In this document: one piece after another, positions 41,069 through 54,893 of the stretch
Layout of the letters: each line of letters starts with the position of its first letter
How positions within the stretch are numbered: the stretch's first letter is position 1
NCBI GenBank assembly: GCA_951406725.2
Contig: OX597819.1
Location: 2,790,001 to 2,854,000, forward strand
Reading direction: 5' to 3'
Length of the DNA: 64,000 bases
From: Octopus vulgaris
Lineage: Eukaryota
Program-made: the position numbers and the translations under genes
The notes under the pieces: model-generated
What the model was told of the DNA's origin: nothing
The model's input: only the letters and a program-made list of their open reading frames with translations
The model's database searches: none

Positions 41069-41106
41069 TCTTTCTGTTGAAGAGCGTAGGCTCGAAACGT
41101 TAAAGA
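41069..41106 (+). ncRNA. minimal type-I hammerhead motif (core variant CUGUUGA)
   Basis: TCTTT-CTGTTGA-A-GAGC-GTAG-GCTC-GAAA-CG-TT-AAAGA: perfect helix I (5 bp) and helix II (4 bp), ACGU helix III, one core substitution. Confidence 0.6.
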
Positions 41107-41646
41107 CTTGTTTTATTTATATTTCCTGAGCACCATACTAATACAATTGTTTGTTTGTATTCCACCTGCCTTCGTCTTTTGTTTATTTCCATAAACCTGC
41201 CTTCGTCTTTTGTCTATTTTCATAAAGCTTCCTGTTATATATATACATATATGTACATATATATATATATACATATATGTACATATATATATATACATAT
41301 ATGTACATATATATATACATATATGTACATATATATATATATACATATATGTACATATATATATATACATATATGTACATATATATATATACATATATGT
41401 ACATATATATATATACATATATGTACATACATATATATATACATATATGTACATATATATATATACATATATGTACATATATATATATACATATATGTAC
41501 ATATATATATATATACATATATGTACATATATATATATACATATATGTACATATATATATATACATATATGTACATATATATATATACATATATGTACAT
41601 ATATATATATACATATATGTACATATATATATATACATATATGTAC

Positions 41647-41683
<37 letters not shown>

Positions 41684-42159
41684 TGTACATATATATATAT
41701 ACATATATGTACATATATATATATACATATATGTACATATATATATATATATACATATATATATGTATATATACACATATGTATATATATATATACACAT
41801 GTATATATATATACACATATGTATATATATATACACATGTATATATATATATACATATATATATATAAAAATATATATATATGTATATATATAAATATAT
41901 ATATACACATATATATATACATATATATTCATATATAAACATACATATATACGTATACATATATCATCATCATCATCGTTTAACATCCGTTTTCCATGCT
42001 GGCATGTGTTGGACGGTTCGACCGGGGTCTGGGAAGCCAGAAGGCTGCACCAGGTTCCAGTTTGATCTGGCAGTGTTTCTACAGCTGGGTGCCCTCCCTA
42101 ATGCCAACCACTCCATGAGTGTAGTGGGTGCTTTTTACACATATATATACATATATATC

Positions 42160-42237
<78 letters not shown>

Positions 42238-42559
42238 CATAGGAGAGGAAAAAAATAATAAGGCAGAATGCTAAATTGAAAGTAAATTTTAACAAAAATG
42301 GGTTTTTTTAAAATTAAAAAAGAAATCAAAATGGCTTTCATTGCAAGGCAAATTTTCAAAATTTGGAAGGGAAAATTTTTTTTTTAAATTGAGGAAGTGG
42401 AAAAAAGAAATTTACAATTTTTTTTCAAAAAAATAATAAATGTATACAAAAATTAATTAGTATAGCAATACATTGTAGTGTCTTTATGCTTTTAGAGTTC
42501 AATATTAGAAAAACTTCTTTGGAGGATTAGGATGCCTGTGTTTAAGTGTAGTGTTTCGT

Positions 42560-43130
42560 TTGAAAAGAGAGCATCATCAGTGTTTCTCCCTGGCACAAAA
42601 CCAAACTGCATCTCATCTAAGTTAACTCTCTTCTTAACTAGTTGAGCTATGATCCTTTCTGTGCCATTCATGACCTGGTCCATTAATTTGATATCTCTAT
42701 AATTACTTCTGCCTAAGGTATCCCTTTTACCTTTGTAGCAGTTGATTATAATGCTGCTACACCAGTAAAAAGAAGTTACCTTCTCAAGTCATTCTGATTC
42801 ATAAGGGCCAGTTTCCTGGTTTCATGGTGTATATATTCCCCATCTGGAAAGGGCACTAGTCTGTCACAGAGTTACTCATTTTTACCAGCTGAGTGGAGTG
42901 GAGCAATGTGAAATGAAGTGTTTTGCTCAAGAACACAATGAGCTGCCTGGTCCAGGAACCATAACCACAATCTCATGATCATGAGTCCAACACCCTAACC
43001 ACTAAGCCACAAACCTCCACTTGCTACACCAGTTATTTGGTATGACCTCTTCCTAAACAACCTGATTAACTATATGGGTGACTAGACCATATCCTACTCT
43101 GCCAAATATTTTAAGCACCTTGGTGGTAGT
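42560..43130 (-). mobile_element. RTE fragment interrupted by a SINE (42767-43021) with a 12-bp TSD
   Basis: QFGFVPGRNTDDA and VGYGLVTHIVNQV remnants; TGCTACACCAGT duplicated at 42755-42766 and 43022-43033. Confidence 0.85.
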
Positions 43131-43329
43131 GGACAACCATAGATCAGCAGAAGACCTTAAAACGAACATTATGAAAACAAAATACATGCAGTCAGAGAAC
43201 ATAACACAAAGATGAATAGAGGTGGGAAGCAATGAAATCAAAGAGAAAAAAAGAAATACAACTATTTGAAGCACACAGTAAATATGGACCAAGATCTGAA
43301 ATTTCAAGGAGAATGAAAATAGGATGGAA

Positions 43330-44010
43330 GATGTTTATCTCAATAAAAGATGTACTCAGAGAAGACTTACCTACATTAACAAAATATCAGAAAACATAAG
43401 CTTTCTATGTGATAGGTACACTGGAGCAGTATATACTATGAGTACACTTGAAATAGTTGATAGCTTTTGTTACCTTAGAGATTTAATTAACAAGGGAGAG
43501 GGTTGCATCAAAAGTATAGTAATCAGAGTAAGAATGTGCTGAGGAAAGTTCAGGGAGCAACCATAACTGCAGACAACAAAAGCCTTTTTCCCCAAAAAAA
43601 TGAAGGACAGATTGTATGATGCTCATGATGTGGCATGGTAGTGAAACAGGTGCCTTGAATGCAGAAGACATGAGAAGACTGGGGACGAGAATGAAGCAAG
43701 CATGCTGCATTGGCTGCACAATGTAAATGTACCTAAAAGACAGTACAAATGTACTGAGAGAAATCAGGTGTAGTGTGCAAGAAAGAAGGCTGCTCCAGTA
43801 TGGACATGTGGTGCATATGGATAATGACAACTACATAGAGTATCAATATCTTAATTTGAATGGAGCTTGTGGAAGAGGAAATCTCAGAAAGACATGGGAT
43901 GAAGTGATGAAGGTCAATCTCAGGACCTCGAAACTCACAGAGCAGATGATAAAAGACTAGGATAACTGGGGATGTGCATTTCTCAAGAAAACCTGCCAGC
44001 CTTGGTAAAA
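43330..44010 (+). mobile_element. decayed RTE 3' ORF fragment
   Basis: LEIVDSFCYL, VQERRLLQYGHVVHMD and GRGNLRKTWDEV remnants. Confidence 0.8.
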
Positions 44011-45287
44011 CAGTTCTAGCAGCACTGTGAGTGAATATATACACAACTGGGCCCTTCATCCAATTTACTTTCTCCTCAAGTCACCCCAGCCACCCATCAC
44101 CTTCCTAACTGCAGTTCATTCTCGATACCACTTTTCTTACTACCTACAACCACTCACAACCATTTCACTTGTTATCCATCCTTCATCCATTAACCTTTTA
44201 GCATTTAAGCCGACCATATCCAGTAAAAATAGTCTACCTTTTTTTTAATGTTCAAACTGGCCAAATTCAGCCAATCAACCTACAATTTCATTCTAAAAAC
44301 AAAGAATCACATCAATGAAATCTCAAAGTTACAAGATAGAATGCATGATTAATTCAAAACAATGCGAATAAATAAGCATTGCACTTGATAAACATTTGTT
44401 CCTGTCCCTCTATCATACTCTGACCTCTCATTACCTGGCACAAAGCCACCTCCCTCATTACTACCTCTCCTCTCAGTTGAACCTTACTGCTGCAAGTTCT
44501 GCATAAAAAGCACCTAGTACACTCTGAAAAGTGATTGGCATTAGGAAGGGCATCCAGCCATAGAACCTGTGCCAAAGCAAACAGCTTGGCACTCTCTTCT
44601 GACTTACCAGCTCCTATCAAAACGTCCAACTCATGCCAGCATGGAAGGGGGCAATATATGATGTGAGGCTGATACACATACACACACACAAATAGATAGA
44701 TATACATTTACATAAGCATGTGTGTGTGTGTGTGCATGCCTATACTTACAAATAAATATGCATGTGTGTATGTTTTATTTACTGATATCTAATACTGTGT
44801 TGTTTAAACATATGTGCGTATGAACCGGTAGGAATATTACATATAAGCATCATTGTACACACATGCGTGCACACAGACATACGTGTGTGTATCTGTACAC
44901 ATATGTCCATGAGTATGTACGCATGTCTCACTCTCTGTATCTGTATATATTTTCATATGCGGACATTTATCTCTAAGAATGTTGGCAATCCTGCCAACTG
45001 GCCACATTAACAGTGGTGTGGCCAGCCATCTGCATCTGAATTACTCCGTAATTTCTTAAATTTTGGCACTATAAGACACAACTTATCACTTAATTTCTAT
45101 GGCCTATATAATCCCCAGCAGAATCTGACAGTTTGTAAATCTAGGAACACACATTCATCTGTGTATTGCTGAGCATGTTTCTCTCTCTCTCTCTCTTTCC
45201 CTCTCTCTCTCTCTCTGGCTATGTATGGATATCTATATATATATATATGTGTGTGTGTGTATATATATATACACACACACACTCTCA

Positions 45288-46700
45288 CAGTGGCTGGTGA
45301 AAGATGTACAGGCCATGGACGAAGATGCTGTCAGTAAGGTGAGAATTAATCCCAAGTACAGCAAAGAATTTGATGCACAGGTAGAAGTTCATCAAGGCTC
45401 AGTCCTTAATCCCCTCCTTTTCATCATTATCCTCCAGGCCATAACAGAGGAATTCAAGAGTGGCAGTCCTTGGGAACTATTATATGCTGATGATCTTGCC
45501 CTCATAGTGGATTCCATATTAGAGCGAGATGAAAAATTCAAGGTGTGACAGCAAAACCTGGAATCTAAGGGCCTTAAGGTTAACTAAGCAAAGACTAAGG
45601 TCCTAGTAAGCAAGAAAACTGACAGGATCTTACTCCATTCAATTTGTAGGAAAGGTGTAGGCATACAGTGTACCCAGTGCAAGTTATGGACACACAAGAG
45701 GTACAGTGGGTTAATTGGAAGGTTATCAGAGAAGAAAGTTTTCATATGTGGAAGATGCACAGGATCTATAAAAACTAGAGACTTTGATTCTCTTAAATCC
45801 CCCAGTGGCTCATTAGAGGTAGTAGATAATTTCTGCTACCTAGGGGACCAAATTAGTAGTGGGTGAGAATGCATGGGGAATGTAACAGCGAGAGTAAGAA
45901 CAGGATGGGGAAAATTCAGAGAGTTGTTACCTCTGTTGGCCATGAAAGGTTTCTCTCTCTGAATGAAAGGAAGATTGTATGATGCATCTATATGGACAAC
46001 AATTCTACATGGTAGTAAGATGTGCACCCTGAATGCAGAGGGCATGCAAAGGTTAGAAAGGAACGAGGCTAGTATCTTCCACTGGATGTGTAATGTAAGT
46101 GTACATGTTCGACAAAGAATCAATGTTCTGAAAGAGAAGTTAGGCATAAGAGGAATTGATTGCTGTCTGCAAGAGAGAAGACTGCACTAATTTGGTTATG
46201 TGATGCAGATGGATGCCAACAGTTCCATAAAGAAGTGCCAATCTCTCAAAGTGGATGAAACACAAGGAAGTGGGAGACCCAGGAAGGCATGGGATGAAGT
46301 ACTGAAGAATGACCTCAGAAAGCTGAACCAAAGGACTAAAATACCTGGCATTTTGCCATACTCAAAAGACCTGTACCCTGCAGCAGATGTGTTAAGACTG
46401 ATCATTTTGGTGGGCAAAGCACTCTTGGAGGTGCCATGTAAAAGCACACATGGCATCACCATATAGAAGAGCCTGTACAGCATCACATGAAGGTGCCCAT
46501 GCTTGCCATGTAAAAGAAGCCATGTGGTACGACATAAAAGCCTCCAGCCCACTCTGTAAAGTGGTTGGTGTTAGGAAGGGCATCCGGCCATAGAAAGCAT
46601 GAGGCTGGAGTCTGGTGCAGCAGCCCCTCCCCAGTTTGCCAGCTCTGGTCACACCATCCAACCCATGACAGCATGGCCAACAGATGTTAGATGATGATGA
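45288..46700 (+). mobile_element. 5'-truncated decayed RTE LINE with 3' UTR and (GAT)n tail
   Basis: VHQGSVLNPLLF, WELLYADDL, KGRLYDA and GRPRKAWDEVL, then the shared 3' UTR and GATGATGAT. Confidence 0.9.
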
Positions 46701-46805
46701 TATATACATACACATATATATATAATATATACATATATACAGACATATATATGTACATATACATACATATATACATACATACGCATAAATACATGTACAT
46801 ACATG

Positions 46806-46859
<54 letters not shown>

Positions 46860-47282
46860 CACATACATAAATATTTATAAATATATATATATATATACAT
46901 ACATACATACAAATCCATACATACATAAATATACATACATACACATCTATATATATATACACACACACACATACATATACTTGCATGTGTGTGTGTGTGT
47001 GTATGTGTGTGTGAAATTATAATAAACATATTTTTACATTCAACAAAAGAATGAATCGATACTTATTGTAGAATACAAATTTACTCCTTAACAAAATTAG
47101 TGACAGTGACTTCTGAATTTTAACCAAGTATACATGCATATATATACACTCACACACACACATACACACATGTACACATACAGATGCATGTGTACATACA
47201 TAAATATATGTACACATACATAGATGCATGTGCATATATATATATAAATACACACACACAAATATGTACACATACATAGATG

Positions 47283-47330
<48 letters not shown>

Positions 47331-47959
47331 ACACACACATATAAATATATATATACAAATAAGAAAATGGAAGAACAAATTCATTTCAATCATCAATATC
47401 TGTAAGTTGATGATCGAAATGAATTTCTTCCTCCATTTTCTTATTTTGTATTATGAATTTACAGTAAAATATTTTACCTTCCCCCATTCAATACAATAAA
47501 TGAATTAATTGCATTGTAATTATAAGCATTTATGTATTTGCCATTTGGGTGCTTCACCAGCAGTATATTGGATAACTGATATCCCATAGTCGGTTACCCT
47601 CATAGCCCCTATCTTACTTTGCACGTAAAAAGCACCATCTGAATCGTGGCCGAAGCCAGTGCCATCTCGACTGGCTTCCGTGCCAGTGGCACGTAAAATG
47701 CACCAATCCGACCGTGGCCGATGCCAGCCTCGCCTGGCACCTGTGTGGGTGGCACGTAAAAAGCACCCACTACACTCACGGAGTGGTTGGTGTTAGGAAG
47801 GGCATCCAGCTGTAGAAAGACTGGAGCCTGGTGCAGCCTTCTGGCTTCCCAGATCCCCAGTCGAACCGTCAACCCATGCTAGCATGGAGAACGGACGTTA
47901 AACGATGATGATGAAGATGATGATGATGATGATATATCAATAACTAAATATATACATAT

Positions 47960-48790
47960 ATACCAAGTTAGAAGAGGATGAGGTTGTTTGAAAAGCATAG
48001 CTGCTAGAATAAGAATAGGCTGGGCAAAGTTCAGAGAGTTCCTACCTCTGTTAGTAATGAAGAGCCTCTCCTTCAGAGTGAAAGGCAGATTGTATGATGC
48101 CTGTGAACAGTCATGCTACATGGCAGTGAGGCATGGATTGTGGCTACTGAGAGAAATGAAACCAGTATACACCACTAGGTGGGTAATGTCAGTATACATA
48201 TACAACAGAGTGTAAGTGGGTTGAGGGAAAAACTGGGTACACAAGGCATCAGACAGTGTGCAAGAGAGAAGACTGCACTGGTGCAGTTATGCAATGCATA
48301 TGAATGAACTATTGCATCAAGAGGCGCTGATCTCTAATGGTGGAGGGAACATGTGGAAGGAGTAGACCCAAGAACAAAATGGTGAGAAAGGATCTAACGA
48401 TGTTGGGACTCAGGGTGGGGATGACAGGGGACCGAGACTCTTGGCAGTTTGCTGCTCTTGAGAAGAGATGTCAAGCTAAGTAAAAGTGTGGTTGCCCTTG
48501 CATACAGGCATCTCCCCTGCTCTCCCTCTCCAACTAAATGTTCCTCATCTTGTAGGCGCTAGTGCCATGTAAAAAGCACCTACACTGCTGCCATTTAAAC
48601 ACACCCACACCGGTGTTACATAACAACACTCAGTACACTCTGTAAAGTGGTTGGTGTTAAGAAAGGCATTCCAGCCACAGAGACCATGCCAAAACAGACA
48701 TCGTGCCTGAGCAGCTCTTTAACTGGACAGCTCCTGTCAAACTTTCCAACCCATGATAGCATGGAAAACAGACATTAAATGATGATGATG

Positions 48791-48791
<1 letters not shown>
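47960..48791 (+). mobile_element. 5'-truncated RTE LINE 3' end
   Basis: ARIRIGWAKFREFLPLL..KGRLYDAC, then the 3' UTR and (GAT)n tail. Confidence 0.85.
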
Positions 48792-48844
<53 letters not shown>

Positions 48845-48856
48845 TCATACACACAT

Positions 48857-48905
<49 letters not shown>

Positions 48906-48919
48906 CATATTTACATATA

Positions 48920-50117
48920 CTGGGTGCGTAAGATATTTGAGGACAGATTTATGTTTATATAAAACAGATATATAACAATAGATAATAACTTTATTCATCA
49001 AAAAATGCTATGAAGATAAAAATAAACCTTCTTTTCTATAATATTATTGAATAAAACCACCTTCAGCTTCAACAACTGCTTCTATAACAGATCTAAATCA
49101 TCTACACACTCCAATTAAGTACTCCTGGTTCATTTTGGACATTACTCTGACTGTGGCAGCTTTCTAAGAATCTTTGGTGTTATGGGCGTGTTCATTGACC
49201 TCTCAACAACGCTCCACATATAACAGTCCAATGAATTGAGATCTGGGGAATCAGTAGGCCAAATGTTAGGGGTTATGTGATCATGAAAATTTTCAGCCAT
49301 CCATTCCTGTGTTACTAGAGCCATGTGAAGGCCTTCCATTGCATACACTGATTATCCAGAGCTTAACAATTATTTCCAGGACCTCAATGTAGGTGGCAGA
49401 GTTAACTCTAAAGTCTTGTGAAAAGAAGTGGCTATCACATCCTTCATTGTTGACAACCCCTAAAACCATGAGTTGCAGGAAATTTTGTATGCATAACACT
49501 TGGAACTTCAGAAGGGTCTGCACATAATCATTTCTTCTGTTAACTTTTTGATTTTGGTCAAACTTTTTGTTGTTTGAGAAAAACCAAATCAAATCTTCTT
49601 CTGCTGATTTTTCAGTTTTTTTAAGAGCCTTTTAGATCTGATGAAGTAATTTTCTTTTGCTTTTTCTGACAAACTGACTTTTCTTCATCATGTAAGACCT
49701 ATATCTGATATCTTCGTGGACAACATTTCTGTCTGTTTCTTCTGACACATGGAGATCTTTTGCAATTGACCTCATGGACTTTCTGGGATTGTAATAAATG
49801 TCTGTTGAACTTGCTGGATAAATTCAGGTGTTCTGATGATTTCAGAGCATTTAGAATGCTTTTTATGCTTTGATACTGGTGATACGTTTTCATCTTCAGT
49901 TTCTAGCTCCTTACAAACTTTGTTGACGAAAGATCTGGTAACTTTTAAAAATCGAGATATTTCTAAATCGCTGTGCTCAGCCTTTATAACCACAATAACA
50001 GCATGCCTCTCCGTTTCTTGAGTACGCTGAGGGTCTGCCATTATTATTTTCTGAAACAAATATTATACAGAGTTAGCAAAAAATGCAGCAATATCCTCAA
50101 ATACCTTATGCACCCTG
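48920..50117 (-). mobile_element. decayed Tc1/mariner superfamily transposon, maT (DD37D)-like
   Basis: Imperfect TIRs C(T/A)GGGTGC(G/A)TAAG(A/G)TATTTGAGGA with TA flanks. Remnants: HTH (EISRFLKVTRSFVNKV), IWFFS..KKFDQNQKVNRRND and WPTDSPDLNSLDCYMWSVVE. Confidence 0.85.
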
Positions 50118-51155
50118 TATATATACATATATATATACACATACACACACACATATATATGTGTGTGTGTATACACATATATACATATACATGTCTATAA
50201 ACATATATACATGTATCATCATCATCGTTTAGCGTCCGCTTTCCATGCTAGCATGGGTTGGACGGTTCAACTGGGGTCTGGGAAGCCAGAAGGCTGCACC
50301 AGGCTCCAGTCTGATCTGGCAGTGTTTCTACGGCTGGATGCCCTTCCTAACGCCAACCACTCCGTGAGTGTAGTGGGTGCTTTTTATGTGCCACCGGCAC
50401 AGGTACCAGATGAAGCTGGCAAACGGCCACGATCGGATGGTGCACATGCATATATACATATATATACACATATACATATCCACACACACATAAAAAAATA
50501 TATATACATATACATGTTTTTAAATATATGTATATGTAAACACAGACACATACATATATGCATGTACATTCATGAATACATACACACATACATGCATGCA
50601 CAATCACATACACACACAAAAACATGCATGGAACATATCTATGTATGTATATGTATGTTTATATATATATATATCCATACTTTCATTCATACATTCATTT
50701 TTCCATGCTAGCATGAGTTAGATGAGTATATTGTGGAGGCACTGATTTACAGCAGGATGTTCTTCCTGTTTTTCAAGTAAAGTATCCTTTATTTCATGTG
50801 TCATGTGTCTTGAATGTCATGAAGTGACAAGAACACAGCTTGTAGTGAACAACTTTCATAAAGAACAAACGCAAACAAACACACCGACACAGAAACATGC
50901 ACACACACACACACACACACTCACAAATACAAGTACTTATGTATATGACAAGCTTCCTTCAGTTTCCATCTCTCAATTTCAGTTACAAGGCTTTGGTCAG
51001 TGGTAAGCACAGAAATTTGCCACAAGTGAATATACATAAATATCACTAGCTACGGATATCCCGGGGCACTATCTTCAAGGTTTTATGTGATCAAATCTGC
51101 CCCCAGAACTTATTTCAATCTCTTAGTATATTTTTAGACCTCCATTTGTGAAATT

Positions 51156-51204
<49 letters not shown>

Positions 51205-52954
51205 ATTAGGCGACCGAAAGAAAAAATATGATGATGTAAGGGGAACAACTTTTGGAGACTGTATTTTGCAACTGTTTACTGAAACAAATGCCTGAAAGAC
51301 GAACCGGAATAAATGAAGACCTTTGAATTAAATACTCAAACACTCTAATTGCATCTTTTTAATAGATTGATACTTTTCGCTACATTTGTAAATAAAGAAC
51401 GTTTTTAATTTGAAGAGAAATGCTGAAACTCTGTAAAACCAAACAAACGAAATTGCACCGAAATTTTGTGATTACTTTATGTTTAGCTAGAACATCTTTT
51501 ATTATTTACTTGTTTCAATCATTAGACTGTGGCCATGCTGGGGCACTGCCTTGAAGAATTTTTAGTCAAATGAATCGACACCAGTATTTTATATATTTGG
51601 TATTTATTCTATTGGTCTCTTTTGCTGGATCACTAAGTTTCAGGGATGTAAACACACCAACACCAGTTGTCAAGCAAGTGGCGGAGGACAAACACAGAGA
51701 CAAAGACACACACACACACATTTGTACGACAGGCTTCTTTCAGTTTCCGTCTACCAAATCTACTCACAAGGCTTTGGTCAGAAGACATTTGCTGAAAGTC
51801 TCATACAGTAGTTCTCTACTTCAATTTAATATCTAGCAAGATTTTAGAATATTCAAAATAATTTTTTAATTTGTTTTGCTTAAAATAATACAATTAACTT
51901 TCAACAACTGTGTGACACTTTAGTCAAATGTCTTCTGCTATAGCCTCAGTCAGACCAAAGCCTTGTGAACAGATTTGGTAGACGGAAACTGAAAGAAGCC
52001 TGTCGTGTGTGTGTGTTTGTCCCCCACCTCTTGCTTGACAATTCAACAAGGAGAGATATGTCTAAAAAGGATCCCAACAGGATTCTCAAAGTAACTTATT
52101 GCTATATTACTGTATCGTTAATATTACTATATTAACAAAGGCGGTGAGTTGGCAGACTCATTAGCATGCCAGACAAAATGCAAAGTGGCATGTCATCAGT
52201 TTTTACATTCAGAGTTCAAATTCTGCCAAGGTTGACTTTGCGTTTCATGCTTTTGGGGTTGATAAAATAAGTACTAGTTGAGTACTAGGCTTACTCCCTC
52301 CCCTGAAATTGCTGGCCTTGTGTCAAAATTCGAAACCAATATTACTATATGAATAATTAACTATAGTCAATTTTCTAATGTTGAGAATCAGAAGAAAATG
52401 TTAATAAATCTTAAATTTCCCATATTACTATTCTTATCTGATTTGTAACATAATAAACAAATTACACCCTTCTTATAGCTAATCATGTACAACTTTCTCA
52501 TTTCTCAGCCAATATGAGATCTAACAAGTCTCTCTAATAGTTAATACAACTGCTAGCTTTGAAGTAAATCCCTTGAGTCTTAAATCCTATAACAAAAGCC
52601 TGAAACAAGACAATATCTTTGGTAACCATAACTAGAAGGCTAGTGATTAATACTGTTTGACCAGTCTTATTAGACTAAATGTGATGGTGAAGAGAATAAA
52701 TCCAGACTATTTAATGGTTTAGCTGTTTAATGTTCTGAATTGGAATCATTCAACAATGTTCTGTCTTCTTTCAAACCTGATAAGCAGAATATGTGGCAAA
52801 AGTATAGATCGTTAGGTTTTGAATTTGTGAGTCAACATATATTACTCTATTGGCTACTACTTCTCTGTGAATTTAATTAGCTAGGGCAAACCAAACTCCT
52901 GCTTGCTTTAAAAGGTGGATTCATGTAGAAAATTATTCTATATAATAGCTAGAG

Positions 52955-53500
52955 CAGTTTTTCTTAACTTTTTTCTCTCCTACCCCTCTTCAATTTTCCA
53001 AGAATTGTACGCCCAATCATGATTGGACAAAGTTAGTATAAGACATATACATCATCAAAAGAAATATTAATTAAAATACTATTGCATGTTTTATTTACTT
53101 GTTATTTACTACAATGAGTGAACCTTGCCTTTCAAGCTACCTTCAGATTTGTTTGATTCAAGGGACACAATTTTCTCAGTTCTAACCTAAAATCACCACA
53201 TCTTATGATATCCAGTTGATTTCTCTTAGTTTGAAGCAAGTAAATAACAACGCTAAATCTACATTCAACTAAATAAGACAATGGAAAAATGCATCAATAC
53301 TTCCTTTGCTAAAGTAATCAAGTCTGGGTATTTCTTTTTACTCTCCTCAAAGTGTCACATCAAGGTTCCTTTCATTTTGAAAAGAGTTTTCACAGGCTTA
53401 GGTACTGCACTGGTATTTCAAATAAATCCACCAGAATTGGCTGAGTGAACCAAAAATGGGACTCTGTCATTTTCTGATCATAAAATCTGTTGTTTAAGCC
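52955..53500 (-). mobile_element. hAT (Charlie/Buster) transposon 3' fragment
   Basis: Minus-strand FPLSYLVECRFSVVIYLLQTKRNQLDIIRCGDFRL matches the hAT dimerisation motif; CAG terminus at 52955; truncated at the (TA)n tract. Confidence 0.7.
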
Positions 53501-53550
<50 letters not shown>

Positions 53551-53551
<1 letters not shown>

Positions 53552-54833
53552 GAGGGACGTTCAATAAGTAATGCCCCTGACCCACTTGCAGTTGTTTGAT
53601 CGAGCTGAAATTTTGCATGTGCAATTATTTATATCTCCATCGATTAAGCGGCAAATTACAACTCTGAACTGATTGTGGTTTCTGATTTACAGGTGTTTGA
53701 ACTGAGTCAAGTGGAAATGGAGCCTGTTGAGTGTCGAGCAGTGATCCGGTTTTTGTATTTGAAAGGATGCACACCACGGGAGACTTTTGATGAAATGAAA
53801 GTAACTTATGGTGATGATGCCCCATCATATGACCTCGTAAAACGCTGGCATCGTGAATTCAAACATGGTCGGAACTCTGTGGAAACAGCTCCCAGATCTG
53901 GTCACCACCCCCCCTTCTGCCATTGATGAGGCATCTGTCCGTCAAGTTGAAGCTGCCATTTTGGAAGATCGACGCATAACAATTCGCCAAATAGCCCATG
54001 AGGTCAAGATTAGTACCGGGTCTGTGGAAACTATCCTTCATGACCATTTGCATATGCAAAAGGTGTCTGCCAGATGGATTCCCAGGTTGCTCACACCTTT
54101 CCAGAAGCAAGAACGCGTCAAGTGCTCAAGGATGAATTTGGAGATGTGCCAAGAAGATGAGTCAAAATTTTTCAAAAGACTGATTACACAGGATGAAACC
54201 TGGGTCCATCACTATGATCCAGAGACCAAAGCCCAGTCAATGCAGTGGAAGCACCGTGACTCACCTCCTCCAAGGAAGGCAAGGGTGCAGCCCTCCGCTG
54301 GCAAGGTCATGCTCACAGTCTTCTGGGACCAGGACGGAGTAGTGATGACAGATTTCCTGGCAAAGGGTACCACAATTACAGGAGCCTATTTGAGGAAATT
54401 AAGAGAAGCTATCAAAATCAAGAGGCGGGGCAAGATCAGAAAAGGCATCCTCCTCCTGCAGGACAACGCTCCGGTCCACAACTCGTGTGTCGCCAGATCA
54501 GAAGCACAGGCATGTGGCTATGAACTCCTCCCCCATCCCCCCTGCTCTCCTGACCTTGCACCCTCTGAATTTCACCTCTTCCCAGCCATGAAGTTTTTTT
54601 TGAAAGGAAAGCGTTTCCCAGATGATGCAGCCTTGATTTCTGAAGTCACGTTCAGGTTGGAGGACCAAGCTGGAGTCTTCTACAAAAACGGTCTCCAGAG
54701 CTGCATCAAGCAATGGGAGAAATGCGTAACTCTGGGTGGTTCCTATGTAGAAAAAGACTAATAAATGTGCTAAATTTCGTTGCTCTACTGCTATGGGAAG
54801 TGGGTCAGGGGCATTACTTATTGAACGCCCCTC

Positions 54834-54834
<1 letters not shown>
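53551..54834 (+). mobile_element. nearly intact mariner transposon (irritans-like) inserted in (TA)n
   Basis: 37-bp TIR CGAGGG(A/G)CGTTCAATAAGTAATGCCCCTGACCCACTT with one mismatch, 1284 bp, TA on both sides. Confidence 0.97.
53717..54761 (+). pseudogene. mariner transposase with one frameshift
   Basis: Starts MEPVECRAVIRFLYLKG; frameshift in the C-run near 53905; WIPRLL, TQDETWV, LQDNAPVH and CSPDLAPSEFHLF (third catalytic Asp reads Glu). Confidence 0.92.
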
Positions 54835-54890
<56 letters not shown>

Positions 54891-54893
<3 letters not shown>

